DNA of 64,000 nt from Gemmatimonadales bacterium (GCA_039794085.1 JBDIWC010000003.1:1-64000), one strand, 5' to 3'; positions 38,327 through 58,168 are shown, counted from the stretch's first letter. The notes: generated by a model not told the origin, from the letters alone. Translations and numbers: made by a program.

Positions 38327-38479
38327 ATGCCGCGCGACAAGATCATCCTGGAGTGCACCGACTGCAAGAGCCGGAACTACTTCACGGACAAGAACAAGCG
38401 ACTGCATCCGGAGCGGGTGGAGTGGAAGAAATTCTGCCCCCGCTGCAACCGGCATTTGCCGCACAAGGAGTCGAAGTAG
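38327..38479 (+). CDS. rpmG: 50S ribosomal protein L33 (Zn-ribbon form; not in the ORF track)
   Basis: [50 protein letters not shown]. Confidence 0.95.
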   Translation: MPRDKIILECTDCKSRNYFTDKNKRLHPERVEWKKFCPRCNRHLPHKESK

Positions 38480-38481
38480 CC

Positions 38482-38724
38482 ATGGCCGAGATCGAATCGG
38501 CCCCGCCCTCCGGCGGTGTGGCGGGCGCTCTGGTGGGTACCCGGAACTTTCTCGTGGCCGCCCAGGCGGAAATGAAGAAGGTCACCTGGCCCACCCGGGA
38601 CGAGCTGGTCAAGGCGACCCGGATGATCGTGATCTTCTCGGTGGCCCTGGGCATCACGATCGGCCTGGTGGACCTGGTGCTGCAGTTGATCTTCGTCACC
38701 GGCATCGCGTCCCTGGCCCGGTGA
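38482..38724 (+). CDS. secE: Preprotein translocase SecE
   Basis: EMKKVTWPTRDEL followed by a TM helix. Confidence 0.93.
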   Translation: MAEIESAPPSGGVAGALVGTRNFLVAAQAEMKKVTWPTRDELVKATRMIVIFSVALGITIGLVDLVLQLIFVTGIASLAR

Positions 38725-38728
38725 GACG

Positions 38729-39271
38729 ATGGAGTATCGCTGGTACGCCATCCAGACCACGTCCGGGCATGAGAACAAGGTGAAGGCCCTGTTGCTGAAG
38801 CGGATCGCCGAAGACCCGCGGGCCCCGGAGGAGAAGCTGGTGCGTCAGGCCCTGGTCCCGACCCAGACATCGGTCGAGATCAAGGCGGGCAAGAAGGTGG
38901 AGGTGGAGCGCAAGCTCTACCCCGGGTACGTGCTCATCGAATCCGGGATGAGCCAGGAAGCCCAGCATCTGGTCAACAGCGTGCAGGGCGTGATCAAGTT
39001 CGTGGGGACCGGCCGGCTCCCGCAGCCCCTCCGGCCCGACGAGGTCAACCGGCTGCTCGGCGTGGTCGAGGAGTCGGCGGAGGCCGGCCCGAAGGAGGAG
39101 ATCCCGTTCCTGGTCGGTCAGGCGGTGGAGATCACCGAAGGGCCGTTCTCCGATTTCAACGGAACGGTCGAGGAAGTGGTGCCGGACAAGGGGAAGGTGA
39201 AAGTCTCGGTGAGCCTCTTCGGACGGCCCACCACCGTGGAGCTGGATTATCTCCAACTCCGGGGACACTGA
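38729..39271 (+). CDS. nusG: Transcription factor NusG
   Basis: WYAIQTTSGHENKV, YPGYVL and KOW motif GPFSDFNG..VSLFGRPT. Confidence 0.97.
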   Translation: MEYRWYAIQTTSGHENKVKALLLKRIAEDPRAPEEKLVRQALVPTQTSVEIKAGKKVEVERKLYPGYVLIESGMSQEAQHLVNSVQGVIKFVGTGRLPQPLRPDEVNRLLGVVEESAEAGPKEEIPFLVGQAVEITEGPFSDFNGTVEEVVPDKGKVKVSVSLFGRPTTVELDYLQLRGH

Positions 39272-39417
39272 GGACGAAAAACTCGAGGTCAGACCCCGCG
39301 TGGGGTCGTGACCCCCGGCCCGAGCCAACCGGCTCGCAGGGCGGGCCCGCGACCGCGCGGGTGATCGCGGCAGACGGCGTCGTCCTGGTGACGGCCCGGA
39401 CACCAGATTGAGGAGAG

Positions 39418-39843
39418 ATGGCAAAAAAGATCATGGCCATGGTCAAGCTCCAGTGTCCCGCTGGAGCGGCCAACCCCGCACCGCCGGTCGGTACCGCTCT
39501 CGGGCCGCACGGCGTGAACATCATGGACTTCTGCAAGCAGTTCAACGCCCGGACCCAGTCCCAATCGGGCATGGTGATCCCGGTGGTGGTGACCATCTAC
39601 GCCGACCGGACCTTCACCTTCATCACCAAGACGCCGCCCGCGGCGAACCTCCTGCTCAAGGAGACGGGGATCGCGAAGGGGAGCGGCGTCCCCAACCGGA
39701 CCAAGATTGGTCAGGTGACCCGAGCCCAGGTCCGGAAGATCGCCGAGATCAAGATGGTGGATCTCAACGCCGCCGACCTCGACGGCGCGATGAAGATGAT
39801 CGCCGGAACCGCGCGGTCGATGGGGATGGAGGTCGTCGACTGA
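39418..39843 (+). CDS. rplK: 50S ribosomal protein L11
   Basis: [26 protein letters not shown]. Confidence 0.98.
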   Translation: MAKKIMAMVKLQCPAGAANPAPPVGTALGPHGVNIMDFCKQFNARTQSQSGMVIPVVVTIYADRTFTFITKTPPAANLLLKETGIAKGSGVPNRTKIGQVTRAQVRKIAEIKMVDLNAADLDGAMKMIAGTARSMGMEVVD

Positions 39844-40532
39844 TGCCGGTCCATGGAAAGAGATTTCAGGCGGCGGCCGGGAAGGTGGACCGCAAGCGGG
39901 ACTACCCGATTTCCGACGCCGTGGCGCTGGTCAAGGCCAATGCCTTTGCCAAGTTCGATGAAACCGTCGACGCCGCCGTCCGTCTGGGTGTGGATCCGCG
40001 GCACGCCGACCAGGTGGTGCGCGGAACCGTGGTGCTGCCGCACGGAACCGGCAAGTCCGTCCGCGTGCTGGTCGTGACCCAGGGTGAGCGCGTGGCCGAG
40101 GCCGAAGCGGCCGGCGCCGATTTTGTCGGCCTGGAGTTTCTCCAGAAGCTCAAGGACGGCTGGCTCGAGTGCGATGTCATCGTGGCGACACCGGACGTGA
40201 TGGGGCAGCTCGGGCAGCTGGGCCGCATCCTCGGTCCCCGCGGACTGATGCCCAACCCGAAGGCGGGCACCGTGACGATGGATGTGGCGCGGGCGGTGAA
40301 GGAAATCAAGGCGGGCAAGATCGAGTTTCGGGTGGACAAGACCGGCAACGTGCATGCGCCAATCGGCAAGGTCTCGTTCAGCACGGAGCAGCTCACGGAG
40401 AATCTCTCCGCGTTCCTCGACACCATCGTGCGCGCCAAGCCCTCGGCGGCCAAGGGCACTTACCTCCGGACCGCCACCATTTCGAGCACGATGGGGCCGG
40501 GCGTCCGGCTTGACACAGCGGGGTACCGATGA
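39843..40532 (+). CDS. rplA: 50S ribosomal protein L1
   Basis: KFDETVD, LPHGTGK and [11 protein letters not shown]. Confidence 0.98.
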   Translation: MPVHGKRFQAAAGKVDRKRDYPISDAVALVKANAFAKFDETVDAAVRLGVDPRHADQVVRGTVVLPHGTGKSVRVLVVTQGERVAEAEAAGADFVGLEFLQKLKDGWLECDVIVATPDVMGQLGQLGRILGPRGLMPNPKAGTVTMDVARAVKEIKAGKIEFRVDKTGNVHAPIGKVSFSTEQLTENLSAFLDTIVRAKPSAAKGTYLRTATISSTMGPGVRLDTAGYR

Positions 40533-41023
40533 GCACTAAGGCCGAACGTCAGGCAACGGTGGACACGCTGGCCGACCGGCTGGACACGTCCCCGAACATC
40601 TACGTCACCGATTTCACCGGCCTGGACGTGGGGAAGATGACCACGCTCCGTCGCCGGTTGCGGGAGGCGGGCGCCGGGTTCGTGGTGGTGAAGAACACCC
40701 TGGCCCGGCGGGCGCTGGCCTCGCGGCAGATCAGCGCGTTCGACGACCAACTGACCGGCCCGGTGGGTCTGGTCCTGGCCGGAACGGATCCGCTCCCGGC
40801 GGCGAAGGTCATCGGCGATTTTGCACGAGAGTTTTCCAAGCCGACGGTGAAGGTCGGCCTGGTGGACGGGAAGGCGGTCGAGGCGGCCTACGTGGCGCGG
40901 CTCGGCACCCTCCCGTCGCGTGAGGTCCTCCTGGCGCAGGTCGCCGGGTCGCTCAACGGCATCCTGTACCAGATGGTCAGCGTCCTCGAGGCGCTTCGCG
41001 AGCAGCGTCAGGCGGAATCTTAA
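40529..41023 (+). CDS. rplJ: 50S ribosomal protein L10
   Basis: DFTGL, LRRRLR, VVKNTL and [10 protein letters not shown]. Confidence 0.96.
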   Translation: MSTKAERQATVDTLADRLDTSPNIYVTDFTGLDVGKMTTLRRRLREAGAGFVVVKNTLARRALASRQISAFDDQLTGPVGLVLAGTDPLPAAKVIGDFAREFSKPTVKVGLVDGKAVEAAYVARLGTLPSREVLLAQVAGSLNGILYQMVSVLEALREQRQAES

Positions 41024-41046
41024 CCGTACGGAGAAGGAACACGACG

Positions 41047-41430
41047 ATGGCGAACAGCACACTCAGCAACGACGAGATCCTCGAAGCGATCGGCGGCAAG
41101 ACGGTGGTCGAGCTGGCCGAGCTCATCGATGCCTTCAAGGAAAAGTTCAACGTGACCGTCATGGCGGCGGCGCCCGCGGCTGGCGGGGGCGGAGCCGCTC
41201 CGGCGGCGGTGGAGGAGCAGACCGAGTTTGCGGTCATCCTCAAGGAGGGTGGCGCCAAGAAGATCCAGGTGATCAAGGTGGTGCGGGAGCTGACCAGCCT
41301 GGGTCTGAAGGAGGCCAAGGACCTGGTGGATGGCGCCCCGAAGACGGTGAAGGAAGGCGTCTCCAAGGCCGAGGCGGAAGAGATCAAGAAGAAGCTGGAA
41401 GACCAGGGCGCGGTCGTCGAGCTGAAGTAG
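41047..41430 (+). CDS. rplL: 50S ribosomal protein L7/L12
   Basis: [30 protein letters not shown]. Confidence 0.98.
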   Translation: MANSTLSNDEILEAIGGKTVVELAELIDAFKEKFNVTVMAAAPAAGGGGAAPAAVEEQTEFAVILKEGGAKKIQVIKVVRELTSLGLKEAKDLVDGAPKTVKEGVSKAEAEEIKKKLEDQGAVVELK

Positions 41431-41606
41431 GTCCAGGGAATGCGACCCGGTCATTCGGACCGGGCCGCCCCGGGCCCGACTTCAGTGAGGCGACATGCGA
41501 TTGACGGCGAATCCGACAACCCCTGATGATGGACACGCCCCGCGGCACCCCCGGCATCGGCCGGGTGGTCCGCGCGGGGCCCTTTGTGCTGCCCCGAGAG
41601 TGAGCC

Positions 41607-46079
<4,473 letters not shown>

Positions 46080-46084
46080 CGTCG

Positions 46085-50620
<4,536 letters not shown>

Positions 50621-50662
50621 GTCGTGGGGGGCACGTTCCTGAATGACGGCTGAGGATGGGGG

Positions 50663-50693
50663 CGGGGCACTCCGACGAGGGGTGCCCCGTTTC
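50663..50693 (+). terminator. Rho-independent terminator after rpoC
   Basis: CGGGGCACTCC-GACGA-GGGGTGCCCCG stem-loop followed by TTT. Confidence 0.65.
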
Positions 50694-50951
50694 CGTTCGG
50701 GAGCATCGGGAACCGGGCCGGTGATGTGGCGTACACAGAGTGACCTCCGAAGCCCGGAAGCGATCCGATTCGGATGAATGGGGAGGTCCGGATCGGGATC
50801 GGGGACGTTTCCCCCGGAGCGGCGCTGGTCGCCCGTTTCCTCAACAGAGGCGGACTCTGGCGCGTAAATGCCCTGAGCAGTTGAACTTCAGATGGCCCCG
50901 TGCCGGCGGACGTTCCCTGGCCCGGTTTGACCGCCGTGTCCCTGAGGAACG

Positions 50952-52064
50952 ATGACGATGCCACTTCCCCCCCGTGCTCTTCGCTGGCCCCCGGTTTCCG
51001 CCGGGGCCCTGGTCCTTGCGTCGCTCGCGGGGTGTTCCTCGGGCAGCGCAGCGGGCACGGGGCAGGGTCCCCGCGGCAACCTCCCGGTGTCGGTGATCCA
51101 GGTGGAGAGGCAGGATCTGACCCGGGAGGTGGTGCTGGCGGGGTCGGTGGAACCGGTGCGTTCAATCGAGGTCAACAGCCGGGCCGCGGGAACGGTCCTC
51201 ACGGTTCGGGTTCAGGAAGGGGATCGGGTCCGCCAGGGACAGCTCATGCTGGAGCTGGATGCCCGGGAAACCGCGGCCCAATTGGAGCGCGCCCGGGCGG
51301 TGCTGGCCAATGCGGAGGCGGCCTTTCGGCGGAGCGAAGAGATGCATCGCGCGGCCATCATCACGAGCGCGGAGTTCGAACAGGCCCGCGCCACCTTTCA
51401 GACCGCCGGGAGCGACGTGAACCTGTGGGAAACCCGCCTCGATTTCACCCGGGTCCGGGCGCCGAGTGCCGGAGTGGTGACGGCCAAGCTGATCGAGGCG
51501 GGGAGTGCCGTCAATCCGAACCAGCGGCTGTTCGACATCGCGGATGATGCTCTGATGGTCGTGCGGGTGCAGATGTCCGAACTGGATGTCGTGCATGTCC
51601 AGGAGCGCGATGTCGTGCGCGTGACTCTCGACGCCCACCCGGACGCGGTGTTGCGGGGGTCGGTGCGCCGCATTTTCCCGAGTGCCGATCCCACCACGCG
51701 GTTGCTCCCGGTGGAGGTGGCCCTGCATGAGCCTCCTCCGGGCGTGACGGTGCGGCCGGGATACCTGGCCCGAGTCCACCTCACCCTTGATTCGCGGCCC
51801 GGGGTTCTGGTCATCCCCGCCGCGGCGGTGGGTGCGAGCACGACCGGACCGTTCGCCTATCTGGTGGAGGCCGACACCTTGGTGCGGCGCCCGATCACGG
51901 TCGGGCTCACGTCGAGCGGGATGGTGGAGGTGGTCACGGGGCTCGAACCCGGCGCGCTGGTGGTGACCTCGGGTCACCTGGGGCTGCGCGCGGGTGTGAC
52001 AGTCCGCATCATGAATCGCGCCGCGCTGTCCCCGGATGGCGGAGAGGAGATCCGGAACCCATGA
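50952..52064 (+). CDS. RND efflux periplasmic adaptor (MFP) lipoprotein
   Basis: LAGC lipobox; lipoyl halves VQEGDRVRQGQ and VRAPSAGVV; PGYLARV. Confidence 0.92.
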   Translation: MTMPLPPRALRWPPVSAGALVLASLAGCSSGSAAGTGQGPRGNLPVSVIQVERQDLTREVVLAGSVEPVRSIEVNSRAAGTVLTVRVQEGDRVRQGQLMLELDARETAAQLERARAVLANAEAAFRRSEEMHRAAIITSAEFEQARATFQTAGSDVNLWETRLDFTRVRAPSAGVVTAKLIEAGSAVNPNQRLFDIADDALMVVRVQMSELDVVHVQERDVVRVTLDAHPDAVLRGSVRRIFPSADPTTRLLPVEVALHEPPPGVTVRPGYLARVHLTLDSRPGVLVIPAAAVGASTTGPFAYLVEADTLVRRPITVGLTSSGMVEVVTGLEPGALVVTSGHLGLRAGVTVRIMNRAALSPDGGEEIRNP

Positions 52065-55000
52065 GTCGCTTCTCGATCCCGAGTTTTTCGATTCGTCGGC
52101 CCATTGGCACGGTGGCCCTGACGACTGTTGTGGTGGTGCTGGGGCTCTATTACGGACGTCAGCTTCCCATTGATCTTCTGCCCCAGATCGTCTATCCGCA
52201 GGTGCGGGCCAGTGTGCGGTATCCGGGGGTGGCGCCGGAGGTCATGGAAGAGCAGGTCACCAAGATCCTGGAAACCTCGCTCTCCACGACCGAGAATCTG
52301 ATCCGTCTCGAATCGGAAACCTCCGAGGGGCAGTCAAGCGTCAATCTGTACTTCCGCTACGGCACCGACATGAACTTCGCGCTGCAGGACGCGTCGAAGA
52401 ATCTGGACCGGGCCCGGGCCCGCCTCCCGGAGGAGGCCGAGCCCCCCTCGATCTTCAAGTTCGACCCGTCCCAGTCGCCGGTGTACGAGGTGGGACTGAG
52501 CTCGGAGAGCTGGAACCTGATCGATTTGCGGCGATGGGTGGACCTCCAACTTCTGCCCCAGCTCCTGACGGTGGATGGCGTCGCCTCGGTGGACGTGTCC
52601 GGGGGGCTCACCCGCGAGGTCCAGGTGATTCTGAACCAGGAGCGATTGCGCTCGTACGGGATGACCGTGAACGAGATTCTCACCGCGCTGCGGAACGAGA
52701 ACCAGGATATCGCGGCGGGCAACCTCACCTCCGACGAGTTCGAGATCATCGGCAAGACCGACGGGAAGTTCCGGACCGTCGATGACATTCGGAATGTCCT
52801 CCTGGCGGTGCCTGGAACCTCGCAGCGCGTGCCCCTCACCGAGGTTGCCTCCGTGGCCGACACCAACCGGGAGCAGCGACTCTGGGCCCGGCTGAACGGG
52901 GTCCCCGCCGTGAAGCTGTCGGTGCGCAAGCTCCCCGAGGCCAACACCGTCGCGGTGGCGGAGGGGGTTGCCTCCCGCTTCGCGCAGCTGGGTCAGGCCC
53001 GGTTCATCCCGCCCGAGATCAACTACCGGGTCGTGGCCGATCAGTCCTTCTTCGTCAAGAGCGCCCTGTCGAGCGTTCAAGGGGCGGCCCTCGCCGGTGC
53101 CGCCCTGGCGATGGTGGTGGTTTTTCTTTTCTTCGGGAGCCTGCGCAAGACCTTCATCATCGGACTGTCGATTCCGATCGCCGTCCTCGCGACCCTGGCC
53201 CTGATGGGATGGGCCGGGCTGACCCTCAACATCATGACGCTCGGGGGTCTCGCCCTCGGCGTGGGGCTCCTGCTCGACAGTGGCATCGTGATGCTGGAGA
53301 ACATCTTCCGCCTGCGATCGAAGGGGCTCGATGCCGAGGCGGCAGCGCACGAGGGATCGGCCGAGGTCACCAGCGCCGTCGTGGCCTCCACGGTGACGAA
53401 CCTGGCGGCCGTCGTTCCCTTCCTCCTGATCTCGGGGCTGGCGGCGCTCATTTTCCGCGAGCTGATCCTCACTATCACCCTGTCGATGGTGGGAGCCTTG
53501 CTCACGGCCCTCAGTCTGGTGCCGATGCTGACCGCCCAGCTCGCCAAGATCCGCTGGGAGAGCAACCTGGCGAACTGGCGGCCCATTCGTGCCTTCAATG
53601 CCGCGGTCGGCCGATCGACCGACATCTATCGGCGATTGGCCCGATGGACGCTGACCCATCGTCTCGTGGTGGTCGGAGGGTCGTTCGGCGTCCTTTTCCT
53701 GGTCCTGCTTGCCGTCCGTGGCCTGCCCAATGAATTCCTGCCCGTCGTGGATGATGGCGCGGTCTCGGTGAACGTGAACATGCCACCCGGAACCCCGCCG
53801 GACCGGACTAACACCATTGTGCAACAGATGGAGGAGATGGTGCGCGCCCGGCCATTCGTCCAGGATATTTTCGCCACAGCGGGGGGGTTCTTCTTCGGGG
53901 GATCGACCGCCGAAAGCGGGGGGCGCGGGTCGGTGAGCATTCAGCTCACGCCCGCGAGCGAACGGCGCGGCATGCCGGCGTCCCAATGGGTGGCTGACCT
54001 GCAGGAGGAGATCAACACGCTGGGCGTTCCCGGAGCGCGCATCGGAGTGCGCCCGCCCCGCATTCGGGGTCTTCGCACCAACATCTCCGGATCCGACGTG
54101 GCGATCGCGGTGCAGGGGGATGACCTGATTCTGCTGCAACAGATCGCGAACGACGTCCTGAACACGATCAAGGGGATCCCGGGATTGGAAGGCCTGCAGC
54201 TCTCCGCCGAGGATGCGAGCCCCCAGCTCTCGATCCGGGTGGACCGGGAGCGGATCGCCGATCTGGGACTTCGCCCCGCGGATGTGGGACAGAGCGTGCG
54301 CACCGCCCTCGAAGGAGCGACCCCCACCCGATTCACCGACGGGACCTTCGAATACGATGTACGGGTGCGGCTGCCCCGCGAGCAGTTCCAGAGCGCGGAG
54401 GACCTGGGCACCATCGCCCTGTTCGGCGGGCGCGACCAGGCGATCTACCTGCGGGATGTCGCCACGATCCGCTTCGGGTCGGGACCGAGCCGGATCACCC
54501 GGGAAAACCAGAACCGGCTGATCCGGGTCACCGGTGATGTGAACCGCTCCCAGGCCACGGTGAGCCAGGTCAACGCCGAGATTCACGACCGGCTCGCCTC
54601 CCTCGACCTGCCCACCGGCTTTGCGTTGATCTATGGCGGAGAGGAAGAGGCGATCAAGGAGAACAACCGGAACCTGGCCATCGTCATCGGCATGGCGATC
54701 TTCCTGGTGTTTGTCGTGCTGACGGTGCAGTACGAGAGTCTCGCCAATCCCCTGGTCATCATGGTGTCGATTCCCCTCGCCCTGATCGGAGTGGGAGCCG
54801 GTCTGATGATCTCCGGAACGCCTCTCAGCGCGCCGGTGCTTCTGGGGGTGATCCTGCTGGCGGGGATCGTGGTCAACAACGCGATCCTGCTCGTGGAGTA
54901 CGTGGAGATCGGGCGACGGGATGGGTTGTCCATCGAGGAGGCCATCATCGAGGCGGGGGTGATCCGGCTCCGCCCCATTCTCATGACAACCCTCACCACC

Positions 55001-55261
55001 GTGCTCGGCATGCTCCCCCTGGCGCTCGGGATCGGCGAAGGTACCGAGCTCATGCAGCCGCTTGCCGTGGCGGTGGTGGGAGGGCTGACCGTTTCCACCT
55101 TCCTCACCCTCCTCATCATCCCCTCGATCTATCTGATGGTGGCCCGGGCGGCGTCCTGGCTGGGGCACTTCCTCACGGGGGCCCCCCGGACCGAGGAGCA
55201 TCCGGCCGGGCCCCGCACGGGGCCGGTGGAGGGACTCCCGGGAACGGCATCGACTCACTAG
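52061..55261 (+). CDS. RND efflux permease (AcrB/MdtB-like)
   Basis: IRRP, YPGVAPE, GLLLDSGIVMLENI, GIVVNNAILLV and RLRPILMT. Confidence 0.95.
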   Translation: MSRFSIPSFSIRRPIGTVALTTVVVVLGLYYGRQLPIDLLPQIVYPQVRASVRYPGVAPEVMEEQVTKILETSLSTTENLIRLESETSEGQSSVNLYFRYGTDMNFALQDASKNLDRARARLPEEAEPPSIFKFDPSQSPVYEVGLSSESWNLIDLRRWVDLQLLPQLLTVDGVASVDVSGGLTREVQVILNQERLRSYGMTVNEILTALRNENQDIAAGNLTSDEFEIIGKTDGKFRTVDDIRNVLLAVPGTSQRVPLTEVASVADTNREQRLWARLNGVPAVKLSVRKLPEANTVAVAEGVASRFAQLGQARFIPPEINYRVVADQSFFVKSALSSVQGAALAGAALAMVVVFLFFGSLRKTFIIGLSIPIAVLATLALMGWAGLTLNIMTLGGLALGVGLLLDSGIVMLENIFRLRSKGLDAEAAAHEGSAEVTSAVVASTVTNLAAVVPFLLISGLAALIFRELILTITLSMVGALLTALSLVPMLTAQLAKIRWESNLANWRPIRAFNAAVGRSTDIYRRLARWTLTHRLVVVGGSFGVLFLVLLAVRGLPNEFLPVVDDGAVSVNVNMPPGTPPDRTNTIVQQMEEMVRARPFVQDIFATAGGFFFGGSTAESGGRGSVSIQLTPASERRGMPASQWVADLQEEINTLGVPGARIGVRPPRIRGLRTNISGSDVAIAVQGDDLILLQQIANDVLNTIKGIPGLEGLQLSAEDASPQLSIRVDRERIADLGLRPADVGQSVRTALEGATPTRFTDGTFEYDVRVRLPREQFQSAEDLGTIALFGGRDQAIYLRDVATIRFGSGPSRITRENQNRLIRVTGDVNRSQATVSQVNAEIHDRLASLDLPTGFALIYGGEEEAIKENNRNLAIVIGMAIFLVFVVLTVQYESLANPLVIMVSIPLALIGVGAGLMISGTPLSAPVLLGVILLAGIVVNNAILLVEYVEIGRRDGLSIEEAIIEAGVIRLRPILMTTLTTVLGMLPLALGIGEGTELMQPLAVAVVGGLTVSTFLTLLIIPSIYLMVARAASWLGHFLTGAPRTEEHPAGPRTGPVEGLPGTASTH

Positions 55262-55345
55262 CCTGCCCAGGGGCTGTGACTGCGCGGGAGATCAGGGCAT
55301 CGGTATATTCACCGGCGCCCTGATTTCCCGTCTGGAGCCCGTCTC

Positions 55346-55924
55346 ATGATCATTCCGTCCGGAGCGTCACACCGCTGGATCGTTCCCGCCACGGTGGTCT
55401 TCGCCCTCCTGCTGCTGTCCCATGCCGCGGGGGCGATCGTGTCCGCTGTCCTGCCCTCGCAGGTGGATGATGTCCGCTGGCGTTTCGGGGCGTTCGGCAT
55501 CGCCGCGGGCCAGCTCCTTCCTCTCCTGGCGGCACTGATTCTGGGGATGGTCCTGGCGGGGGGGCAGGAGTGGCGTCGCACGCTCCGGACGCTCGCGATT
55601 CTGGCCCTGGCCGGGTTCCTGATCCTGTCGGCGGGAGCCATCAACTTCGGGTTGGATGCCCTGACCCTGTACCGGGAGGTGGCCCTCTCCGCCCGCCCGG
55701 GTTTCATCCTCGCCGTGCTGCGGGTGGCACTCGTGTCCCTGGTGGCGGGGGTCCTGCTCCTGGTGCTCGGGGTCGGGGGATGGCGGGGGAGTCGCCGCAC
55801 GGGACGCCTGAGGGAGACGTCCCCACCGGTCGTCCTCCGATCGGCGGAAACAGCGCCGGGGCTCCGGCCCGCGAGTGCACCGTCCGCCAGGGATGGTGGA
55901 GAGGCGCGCCCCGACCGGGAGTGA
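55346..55924 (+). CDS. Hypothetical 4-TM membrane protein
   Basis: Four hydrophobic helices and a WRFGAFG motif. Confidence 0.7.
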   Translation: MIIPSGASHRWIVPATVVFALLLLSHAAGAIVSAVLPSQVDDVRWRFGAFGIAAGQLLPLLAALILGMVLAGGQEWRRTLRTLAILALAGFLILSAGAINFGLDALTLYREVALSARPGFILAVLRVALVSLVAGVLLLVLGVGGWRGSRRTGRLRETSPPVVLRSAETAPGLRPASAPSARDGGEARPDRE

Positions 55925-55949
55925 TTGGTCGGGCCCCTCCCCTCCCCCC

Positions 55950-55994
55950 ACTTCCTTCAAACTTCGAACTTCGAACTTCGAACTTCGAACTTCC
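55950..55994 (+). repeat. ACTTCGA heptamer repeat
   Basis: About 5 units between convergent genes; same family at 10058-10090. Confidence 0.75.
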
Positions 55995-58168
55995 TACCGG
56001 TTCTCGGTCCGGGGTGTGGGGACCAGGGTCCGCGGGACCGTCCCGACCCGGCGTCCCCGGCGGTCCACCACCCAGATCGGCTCGCTGAACGGCACCATGC
56101 GATACTCCACACCGCGCGTGATGCCGAACCGCAGCAGCGCCTCGCCGAAGGTGAAGGGATCGGAGAGGGCGTCGTCCACGATGTATCCCATGTCGGCGAG
56201 CGAGGCGGTCGTGATGGCGCTCAGGAAGTTCTGGGCGTCATTGAATCCGGTCATCAGTTCGTTGTCGTACGTCGACTCCCGCCAGTGCCCGTCCCGGGTG
56301 CCCGGCCCGCCGGCGTTTTCCACCGGGACGACCTCGCCGGCGAAGGTGGCGCCGGGGGCCAGAGATCCCCAATGTGCGGCGGTCGCGCGCGGGCCGACAA
56401 AGAAGGGACCGGTTCCGCCCGCCCCCACGAGAAGGTCGAAGAAGCTCCAGAGGCTTCCGATGCCGAGGACATGTCCCATTTCGTGCAGCACCACGTCCCG
56501 CAGGGTTCCATTCGCCTCGAGGTTGGCGAGATCCGCCACATCGAAGCGCATGCGTCCCAGAACCGGAAGGGCTCTCCCCGGACCGGGATCGTCGATGTCC
56601 CGGATGGCACAGGGTCCCGCGCTCCCGAGGATACCTCCCACCCCGTCAATGCTGGTGAGCTCGGCGAAGATGACCACATCGTCGATGGTTTCGAAGATGG
56701 CGGGGCAGGCACCGAAGGTCCCATCCTGAGGGGTGATCTGGACGTCGGGAAGATCACCCAGGATCAACTCCGACCACCGGGCCGCCGCCAGGTCGAAGGC
56801 CGCCCGCTGGGCCGGAGTGGGCGCGGTGCCGACGAAGCGGAGGTCGATCTGAAAGGCCCCCGCAGGAGGGGATGTGGCCGTTCCCGCGACACTGGCCGTG
56901 GGGAGCCCCTCGACCGTGGCGCTCAGAGTTTGAGGGCCCGGGGTCATTCCGAGGCGCCAGGCGAGAGGGGCCACCAGCCCGTTGAAGTCACTGACCCGGA
57001 TCGCTCCCCCGACTGCTCCTCCGTCGGAGGCGGCGAAGGTGACGGCAATTCCCGCCACGGGATCTCCCTTGTCGTCCGCCAACCGGAATACCGGCTGGTT
57101 CGGGAGGTAGTTGCCCCGGATTCCGCTGAACGGATCACCGGGCATCGGAACGATGCTGGTCGGCACGGCTGCGACGGAGGTAGCCTGGAAGACCACATCG
57201 GGTGCGCCGAAGGTGCTGGCGGTGAGTGTATTCGGTCCCGGGGCGAGCCCCACAATCCAGGCGGTCGGACTGGCCCTGCCGGTGGCGTCGGTGGTGGTGG
57301 TGGCGCCCTGAACCGCTCCCCCGCCCGAGGTGATCGTGAAGGTGACCGGAACTCCGGGCTGGGGCTGGCCCGTGCTGTCCCGGGCCTCCACGGTGGGGGC
57401 AACCGGGACCAGGGTTCCGGCGTTGACACTGGCGATGTTGCCCGCGACCGGAAGGAAGGAGGCGGGCGGGATCGGGTTCGCAATGGCGATGAACACCGCG
57501 GGGTTGGCGCCGGCGACGCGGGCCTCGACCGTCTGGAACCCGGGGAGGAGCCCCAGGGTCCACCCGCCCAGAGCAGCGCGACCCTCGGCATCGGACACCT
57601 GGGTGGCGCCGGTGAGGCTCCCGCCTCCCTGGACCACGACGAAGGTGACGGTCTGAGAGGCGACCGGGTTGCCAAAGGCATCGTTGACCCGCGCTACCAG
57701 GGTTGCCGGGAGGGGTTTGCCGATCGTCTCAGTCTGGTTGCTGCCCGAGACTGGTACCACGCTGGCTGCCGGCCCGGGCACGGCTGTGGCGGTGAAGACG
57801 GAGGGGGCCACCCCGACGACTGTGGCCGAGAGTGTCTGAGTGCCTGTGGTAGGTCCCAGACGCCACGTCGTGGTGGCGATACCGGTGGTGGAGGTCACGA
57901 CGGTGGCGGGAGTGGCGCTTCCTCCTGCCGTGGCGGAAAAGGTGACTGTGGCGCCCGCCATCGGGCTGCTCCCGCTCAGCACCGTGATCGTAATGGGTGT
58001 GGGGAGGTCGAGCCCGACGGTCCCGGTCTGTCCATCGCCCGATCCCTTGGTGATGTTGGAGGCCCGGGGGGGCCCGGACATTCCCCCTCCTCCGCACGAG
58101 ACCAGTGCGAGGGACATCAGGAGGGGGAGGAGCGCAGGTGTGCCGGGCATCCGGGGACCGGAGGTCAT
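55994..58168 (-). CDS. Lipoprotein with Ig-like (Big) repeats and a leishmanolysin-like (M8) zinc metallopeptidase domain
   Basis: LVSC lipobox; about four Ig-like repeats (VTF...G.A...W.LG...G.QT); HEMGHVLGIG, GHWRE and ELMTG. Confidence 0.82.
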   Translation of the reverse strand: MTSGPRMPGTPALLPLLMSLALVSCGGGGMSGPPRASNITKGSGDGQTGTVGLDLPTPITITVLSGSSPMAGATVTFSATAGGSATPATVVTSTTGIATTTWRLGPTTGTQTLSATVVGVAPSVFTATAVPGPAASVVPVSGSNQTETIGKPLPATLVARVNDAFGNPVASQTVTFVVVQGGGSLTGATQVSDAEGRAALGGWTLGLLPGFQTVEARVAGANPAVFIAIANPIPPASFLPVAGNIASVNAGTLVPVAPTVEARDSTGQPQPGVPVTFTITSGGGAVQGATTTTDATGRASPTAWIVGLAPGPNTLTASTFGAPDVVFQATSVAAVPTSIVPMPGDPFSGIRGNYLPNQPVFRLADDKGDPVAGIAVTFAASDGGAVGGAIRVSDFNGLVAPLAWRLGMTPGPQTLSATVEGLPTASVAGTATSPPAGAFQIDLRFVGTAPTPAQRAAFDLAAARWSELILGDLPDVQITPQDGTFGACPAIFETIDDVVIFAELTSIDGVGGILGSAGPCAIRDIDDPGPGRALPVLGRMRFDVADLANLEANGTLRDVVLHEMGHVLGIGSLWSFFDLLVGAGGTGPFFVGPRATAAHWGSLAPGATFAGEVVPVENAGGPGTRDGHWRESTYDNELMTGFNDAQNFLSAITTASLADMGYIVDDALSDPFTFGEALLRFGITRGVEYRMVPFSEPIWVVDRRGRRVGTVPRTLVPTPRTENR

